From positions 10,540,001 through 10,604,000 of the forward strand of contig OX597840.1 in the NCBI GenBank assembly GCA_951406725.2: DNA of 64,000 bases, written 5' to 3'. Below are positions 56,311-64,000 of the stretch, in pieces. The notes beneath the pieces were generated by a model that saw only the letters and a program-made list of their open reading frames with translations, was not told the DNA's origin and ran no database searches. The first letter of the stretch is position 1; every line of letters begins with the position of its first letter. This DNA is from Octopus vulgaris (Eukaryota). The position numbers were made by a program, and so were the translations under genes.

Positions 56311-57043
56311 CTTTTCATACAACCCTTGTACAACCAGAAGCAAATAAAATTATTGTTTCTCTCTTTTTTTGTTTATTTTGCAATCCAACACAAACCCTTC
56401 TAATTAATCAATTAATAAAGCAATAATGATTTTATAAACTTTTGTCGATTAATCACTAATTAACGATTGCTTTTGAAATAATTTTATGTAATTTTACTCA
56501 ATTTTTCTTGCAATGAAATAAAAATTTAATTTCGTTATCGTTGTAATTGTTGTTGTTTACCATTTCGTTAGTAAGAGATAAGGGAGGAGCAGTGTCTTCT
56601 TAAGCTATGGGTACACTTGACAGATACTCAGAGTCCTCATGGATCTAGAGGCCCAAATTTGATCGATGTATGCCGTGGCTTGCTAACAATAAATCAATGC
56701 TAGAGGGCTCAGTGCACTGATTTGACCCGGGGTGGCCTATAATGTTGCTAAGACGACCCCAATGGAAGGGCAGCAATCCAGACGTTATATTTTTTCAGGG
56801 CACTCAAGACAGATGTAAAGGGTGGTGAGGAAGTTAACCTCAAATCAGAGGCCTTTACAACGTACATGCAACAGAGGTCAATTTGCTAACGTCAACCAGA
56901 GACCCGGGCCAGATGGTGGTGGTGGTTGTGGTGGCGGTGAGTTTTAAGCTGGGAAATGGATGACGTCTACTACACAACAACACTTTACACAAGTAAATGA
57001 ACAGAGGTACGTGTGTGCATGTGTGTGTACATATATGCATGCA

Positions 57044-57093
<50 letters not shown>

Positions 57094-57223
57094 ACTTACA
57101 AAGTTGTTTATAATTAAACCTTTAAAGGTATCTTTTAATATGCTGGCCATTGATAAAATGGTTTTTCTTAAAAAAAAAGAATTTATCCTACATTAGATAT
57201 ATATATATACATACATATATAAT

Positions 57224-57301
<78 letters not shown>

Positions 57302-57391
57302 TGAGGGAATATTATTCCAAACTTACAGGGAAAAATTCAATTTAGAAATACTAAATCAAATTTCACAAAATATAATATAATATATAAATAT

Positions 57392-57471
<80 letters not shown>

Positions 57472-58689
57472 TTTAGTAATATCTTTGTATTTTAGTAATT
57501 CTTTTTCGCCCCATCACCCTGCCGCTGACGCAAAACTTTTTCTTTCTTCATTTTGTATGGTACTTTCTTGTCTTTCTTTTGGTGTTCGTAACTCTTGGTA
57601 ATGCTGGAAATTCGCTTTCCGGCACATCAGAAACGTTATCAAAAATTAAACTTTCTATTTTCTGGGCTTCTCGCCCAATCGATGATTCATCGCCCGACGA
57701 AGAATACAAACCTTTCGGCATCTTGTCAGCAATTAATGTTTTCCACCCATAGGGGAAAACCACAGACAGCTTTCGAAAGAAAACTATACTACAATTTTGT
57801 CAACAATAAGTCCAACAATAAGCACAACAAGAGATATGACAATTAACAGAAACTTACGAAGACACTCCAGCAATAAATTTTCAATAACAGACGAACGAAA
57901 TACCTATTTCTTTACTACCCATAAGGGGCTAAACAAAGAGGGGACAAAGAAGGACAGACATAGGTATTAAGTCGCCTACATCGACCCCAGTGCGTAACTG
58001 GTACTTATTTAATCGACCCCGAAAGGATGAAAGGCAAAGTCGACCTCGGTGGAATTTGATCTCAAAACGTAGCGGCAGACGAAATACGGCTACGCATTTC
58101 GCCCGGCGTGCTAACGTTTCTGCCAGGTCGCCGCCTTAAAAGACAAAAGGCAAAGTCGACCGCGGCGGAATTTGAGCTCAGAACTTCAAGACGGACGAAA
58201 AGACGTTAAGTATTTTGTCCGGCGTGCTAACGATTCTACCAGCTCTCCACCTTGTTTATCTTGCTATATCTAACAAATAAACAGTGTTGTAAACTGCGAG
58301 AAATTTCAACCAATGAAAAGGAGAAATTACTGAAGTAATAAAATGGCTACGAACATGATATACGCATGATCCGTTTGGCATAAAAGATGTATTATATTTT
58401 CGATTTTTGTTTAGAACTCTGCCAGCCGGGAATGGTGAGCCTACGATGTTAAATATTCCAGCTGTAACTCCTCGCCTATGGGTGTTTTCTTCAACATCCT
58501 TAAACAATCCTTATTCAGCGACCTTTTGATCAGGATGGGTTACTCGACCAGGAGAAAATTCTAACTGGGCCCCACCTGTTGTTTATCTTGATATGAGATC
58601 ACCGTGTCGCACACATATGGTTGTGATGTATGTGCCTGGTGTACCCTTATCAGGATGGGTACATTGGGCTTCGTATATTTTACCCCAGT

Positions 58690-59246
58690 AAAAGCTGTGG
58701 GCTCTTGAAACCCGGGCTGTTGCGGAAGCTGGTCCTGAAGTGTGATGGCATTGCTGGGATCTTTGGCACTATGCAGTGTCGTCCCGTTGTAGCATTCGTG
58801 TAGCTTACAATGCCAAAATTTGGCACAATTCCTTCCAGGATCTTCCAGACATATATTACTGTATACCTCTCCCGTCTTCTCTCCAGGGAGTAGAGTCTTA
58901 GCTGTTTCAACCTTTCCCAGTAGCTGAGCTGTTGCAAAGAGATGATCTTCTTTGTGAATCTTCTCTGGATTGCTTCAAGGTCCGCTGTTAATTTTACACT
59001 GGTGGGTGACCATAGCTGTGAGCAGTAATCCAGGCGACTGAGGACGAATGTCCGCCAGAGGACCATCATGGTTTCCTTATCTCTGGTTCTGAATGTTCTT
59101 AGGATCCACCCAGCCAGTCGTCTGCACTTTGTCGCCATCCTGGTAATGTGCACTTGGAAAGAGGTATCATCACTCATGTCGGTACCCAGGTCCCTCACAG
59201 ACTTAGGCTCTGGGATTGAAATTCCCTGTGGACCGGTGTATCCTGT
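58690..59246 (-). mobile_element. CR1-group LINE RT C-terminal fragment
   Basis: RDLG...LDYCSQLWSP...LEAIQRRFTK...YWERLKQLRLYSLERRRER. Confidence 0.85.
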
Positions 59247-59496
59247 CCTTAAGGAAGTGGAAATGTTTATGTTAAATATAATTGGAAATGTGTGTTATAA
59301 ATACTGCATAAATGAGGATATATATATATATATATATATATTACACACGAAAATATACACACAAAAAAATCCATACATACATGATTATATAGATATATAT
59401 AAATACTTATACAGCATTGTATGCTTGTTTATATGTTTATATACATATATATATAACGACCAGGATTTAAACTTCGAAGTCACTATTGATATATAT

Positions 59497-59541
<45 letters not shown>

Positions 59542-59651
59542 GATTGAAGGCTTCGAATGACTTGTCTGTTTTCCGTGTTCGTCCCTTCGTGTATTTCACG
59601 TTCTTTATATATAAATTTTTATTCCTATATATATATATATATTTTTTATTC

Positions 59652-59730
<79 letters not shown>

Positions 59731-59958
59731 TAATATATAAATATATTCATATATACATACATATTTGTTCATACCTACATATATATGTATATATACATGC
59801 ATATATGGGTATATATAAATGTATATAATACAAAATAAGAAAATGGAGAAACAATTTAGTTTGTTCAACTTTCGGATATTAGAATGTTGAATTATTTATT
59901 CATTTAACAAAATGATAACCTTAATAGCATACATATATATCTTATAATTCAATACATA

Positions 59959-60077
<119 letters not shown>

Positions 60078-61156
60078 AAGTAAGCAACAAGAATATCTTT
60101 TGTAATTTGGTACGATTATTTTATTAAACATCGTAAGCATTACATCAGATTTAAAATGTTGAGCAATCATCAGCCATTCATAGAGGTTTTTCATCAAAAC
60201 ATATACTTATTTCCATGTTAATTGATAACATTATAAGGAGGGTAGATATACAGACAGAGACGTTGATTTGAATGTTAAGAACATTAAGGTGTTAGAATTT
60301 ATCTTCTGACTGAAGACTTCCTTTAGTTATTTTGATCTGCTAGTGATCGGGGTGGGGGGATATTCGGTTGGATGAAGACAAAAGAGATTTTCTATTTATA
60401 GATATAGGAAGGGGTGAAATAAAGGAAGTTAAAGAGGTAGGGGGTTTATAGACTAATATTGTCTTAGAGGTTGTTTACTACTATTTGGCAAACAGATTTT
60501 GTATCAAGAAAACTAGGACAATACTCAGCATAATTGAATCTCAGAATGAGATTGAAACAGTAATCGCTCGATAATGTAAAGTATAGAAGCCATCTTATCA
60601 TGGCTAACCACATAGGGGAGGGTGTGTTACTGTAGCTTTATAGCCCCAAGAGATCGTCGTCTCTAGCTGGCTTTAGACACCTTTTCAGTGCCCTTGAAGT
60701 ATTTGCAAAGGGAGGCCATCTCTTCCTCGAAAGTCTGAGTGATACGCTCGGACTAGTTTCGGGATATTTGTCCCTTTATGGCCTCTATACTTTACATAGG
60801 ACAATACTAAATGGTCACAATAGCCATCTGTATACTACACAGTTATAGAAAATACAGAGATTCTTCTACACTTATACAAACATATACATATATGCATGCG
60901 CATTAATATATGCCATCATACTTGGCTAGTAAATGGTGATTATTTTGATAAGTTGGATTAAAAGAGAATGTTATATCTAATATTTACTAAGTTTGGAGAA
61001 AAAAACCCTATGATTTATTTAGTATATATATAATGAATAGGCATAATATTTAATAACCGAGGACAAGACTCTTATTAATTAAGTGTATATATTAGGAGTT
61101 AATAATATATGTAAGAAAAAATGGAAGCGGGGGGGAATCAATAATCTGTTAGACAT

Positions 61157-61379
<223 letters not shown>

Positions 61380-61511
61380 GCATATATATATTTATTTATA
61401 TATATATATATATATATGTAAGTGTATGTGCATGTGCGTATGTATATGTGTGCGTGCATATGTACATGGATGTATTTGCGTGTATGTGAGTGTGTGCTTG
61501 AATACGGACAT

Positions 61512-61546
<35 letters not shown>

Positions 61547-61567
61547 TGTCTGTGTGTGTGTTTGTGT

Positions 61568-61602
<35 letters not shown>

Positions 61603-61611
61603 CATGAATAC

Positions 61612-61652
<41 letters not shown>

Positions 61653-61838
61653 TGTGTGTGTATCTGTGTGTGTGTGTCTGTGTGTCTGTGTTACTTCAGT
61701 CATCTAAATACACAAATTCGTGCAAGTCTTCGGGTGAAGAAAATCGATTAGTCATTAAAATCACATTAAAATCACATTAAAATCATTAAATTCAAATTAA
61801 ATTTCCATTAAAAACAATTTGAAGCATTCCAGTTTTCA

Positions 61839-62334
61839 TTAAGTAACACACTTGCTCTGGGTTTGATCCCAGATTTTGTAGTTTTCACATTTCCTTAGTC
61901 TATAATCTGTGCCTTCACCACACACTATAAAATAGGTACTATTAAGTGGGTGAGGTTGAAACTGGCCGTTAGTGTTAGCTCCACACACATTAACGCTTGG
62001 ATCAAGTCTCACGCAAGTCAGAATACTTGGATGCCAGATTAGCCCTGGGGGACAAGGCATTTCATACATCTGACTCCAGGGTTTCTGGATGAGGAAAATA
62101 AAATGGCGTTTGGTTATAGATGTAGGGTTTAGGAGGCAAAGCGATGCCTGGTGTGGTCGACACACGGGGTTTACATCTCTTCAGTATTGCATCAAAAGAT
62201 TCATTTTCAAGACACAAGACGATGGTCAGCTTCCCTGTCGAATCGCATGCAAAGTACTTTCCAGCTTGATTAGGGTAGGGGAAAAAAAAATTGTCCCTTT
62301 TGGCGAGTTTCATTTGTGCACGGATATTGAATAT
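61839..62334 (-). pseudogene. Paralog C terminal exon (three CBM14-like repeats), two frameshifts
   Basis: tttcAG acceptor; DIQYPCTNE...YPNQAGKYFAC...FDAILKRC...; +1 T in a T9 run at 62282-90 and a ~26-nt deletion near 62080. Its 3' flank (61400-61838) mirrors 55553-55990. Confidence 0.85.
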
Positions 62335-62397
62335 CTGAAAGAAAGGAACGAAAGTGCTTAACGGTAAAAATCGATATATATATATATATATATATAT

Positions 62398-63496
62398 GAT
62401 TGATTGATTGATTGATTCTAGTTTCAGCTTATGAGCTGTGGCCATGCTGGGGCACCGCCATTTGGTGTTGCTACTTGGTTTTACTTCACGAAAGCTTTTT
62501 AGCAACTGCCATTTGGTGCATGAGAGAGTTCGATGCAGCTGCCCTCATCTGCACCTCCTGCCGTGAAGTTGGTTCATCTGGGACACCTGACAGGAAGAGA
62601 TCCAGTTTCATTTTAAAGACATCTGCATCCACCCCATGCAGGTCTCTCAGGTTCTTCGGGAGGATATTGAAGAGCTGTGGGCCACGGAAGCCCAGGCTAT
62701 CACAGAATCTTGTCCTATATCTTGATGGCAAACTTGGAGTGCTAGGCACCACGCAGTGGCGCCCAGTTCTGGCATTTGCGTAACTCTCGATGCCAAAGTT
62801 TAGGACACGTCCCTCCAGGATCTTCCAGATGTATATAATGGCATATCTTTCCCGCCTACGCTCCAAGGAATATAGTTTTAATCTCTTGAGTCTTTCCCAG
62901 TAGCTTACATTCTGCATAGAGGCTATCTTCTTCGTGTAGCTGCGTTGGATCGCCTCGAGCTCTGTGATCAACTTGACACTGGATGGTGACCATAACTGAG
63001 AGCAGTAGTCAAAGTGGCTTAGGACAAGTGTCCTCCAGAGGACCATCATGGTTTCTTGTTCTCTTGTTCTAAAGGTTCTGAGGATCCATCCGGCCAGTCG
63101 TCTACATTTCATTGCCAATTTAGCAACATGTACACGAAAGGTTGCGTCATCACTCATGTAAATACCCAGGTCACGCACTGATTGTGCCTCTGGAATTGCT
63201 ATTCCTCCGGGTCCAGTGTATTCATTGGGTATTGCATTTAGTTTTGCATGCTGATAGTATAAAGCTTGAAACTTTTCAGCATTGAACTGCATGCTATTCT
63301 TTTCAGCCCACTTGTATATTTCGTCCAGCTCACATTGCAGGCGTTTAGTGTCCTCAGGGTTCTGTATTGCCTGTGAAACTTTTGTATCATCTGCATAACT
63401 TGTGATCGTGGCTCTCTGCGTGGCTGAGGGCATGTCTGAGAGGGCCATTATGAACAGTAGGGGTCCCAGAACAGTGCCCTGCGGAACACCGCTCAC
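62398..63496 (-). mobile_element. 5'-truncated CR1-group LINE with (TCAA)n tail in the paralog C intron
   Basis: Open 336-aa frame SGVPQGTVLGPLLF...YADDTK..., short 3' UTR and simple-repeat tail. Confidence 0.9.
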
Positions 63497-63930
63497 TATT
63501 TGCGTATATATATATACTCTTTTACTCTTTTACTTGTTTCAGTCATTTGACTGCAGCCATGCTGGAGCACCGCCTTTAGTCGAGCAAATCGACCCCGGGA
63601 CTTATTCTTTGTAAGCCCAGTACTTATTCTATCGGTCTCTTTTGCCGAACCGCTAATTGACGGGGACGTAAACACACCAGCATCGGTTGTCAAGCTTCTT
63701 TCAGTTTCCGTCTACTAATTCCACTCACAAGGCATTGGTCGGCCCGGGGCTATAGCAGAAGACACTTGCCCAAGATGCCACGCAGGGGGACTGAACCCGG
63801 AACCATGTGGTTGCTTAGCAAGCTACTTACTACACAGCCACTCCTATATATATATATGTTGCTGTATTTAGGAATGGTCATGTTGCCAATTTAGAATTTT
63901 GAACCCAACCCTAAGGTATTTTTCTGCTGA

Positions 63931-63979
<49 letters not shown>

Positions 63980-64000
63980 GAGTGAGAGAGCAGTTCATGC

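Noticed and set aside
60130-60190. Hammerhead at CTGATGA on the minus strand
   Set aside because: No properly placed stem II and GAAA box.

Overview
This is repeat-saturated animal DNA. The SINE families and extreme microsatellite load suggest an octopus or other cephalopod, which is an inference. The only host coding content is a cluster of three paralogous copies of a secreted-protein gene: signal peptide + putative lysozyme-like N-domain + VWA domain + glycosylated linker + three chitin-binding type-2 (CBM14)-like repeats. Copy B is complete (6 exons, 41941-55552, +). Copy A shows exons 4-6 only (3407-7467, +) inside a ~9-kb segmental duplication. Copy C is a frameshifted terminal exon on the minus strand (61839-62334). 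Each copy has a differently rearranged chitin-binding exon. The main mobile element is a tandem Penelope-like element (10383-16523, -) with a coiled-coil ORF1 joined to RT/GIY-YIG by an in-phase U-UUU-UUA -1 slippery site and with U3-A8 variant hammerhead ribozymes. The window also holds several non-coding fold-back elements with other minimal hammerheads, a ~55-copy 156-bp satellite built from a Tc1 transposon end, a 15-copy SINE-derived 183-bp array and a ~3-kb (ATT)n tract. Helitron-like elements, MITEs and LINE fragments fill much of the rest. Most ORFs in the supplied track are microsatellite artefacts. All calls were made by eye, and repeat boundaries are approximate.
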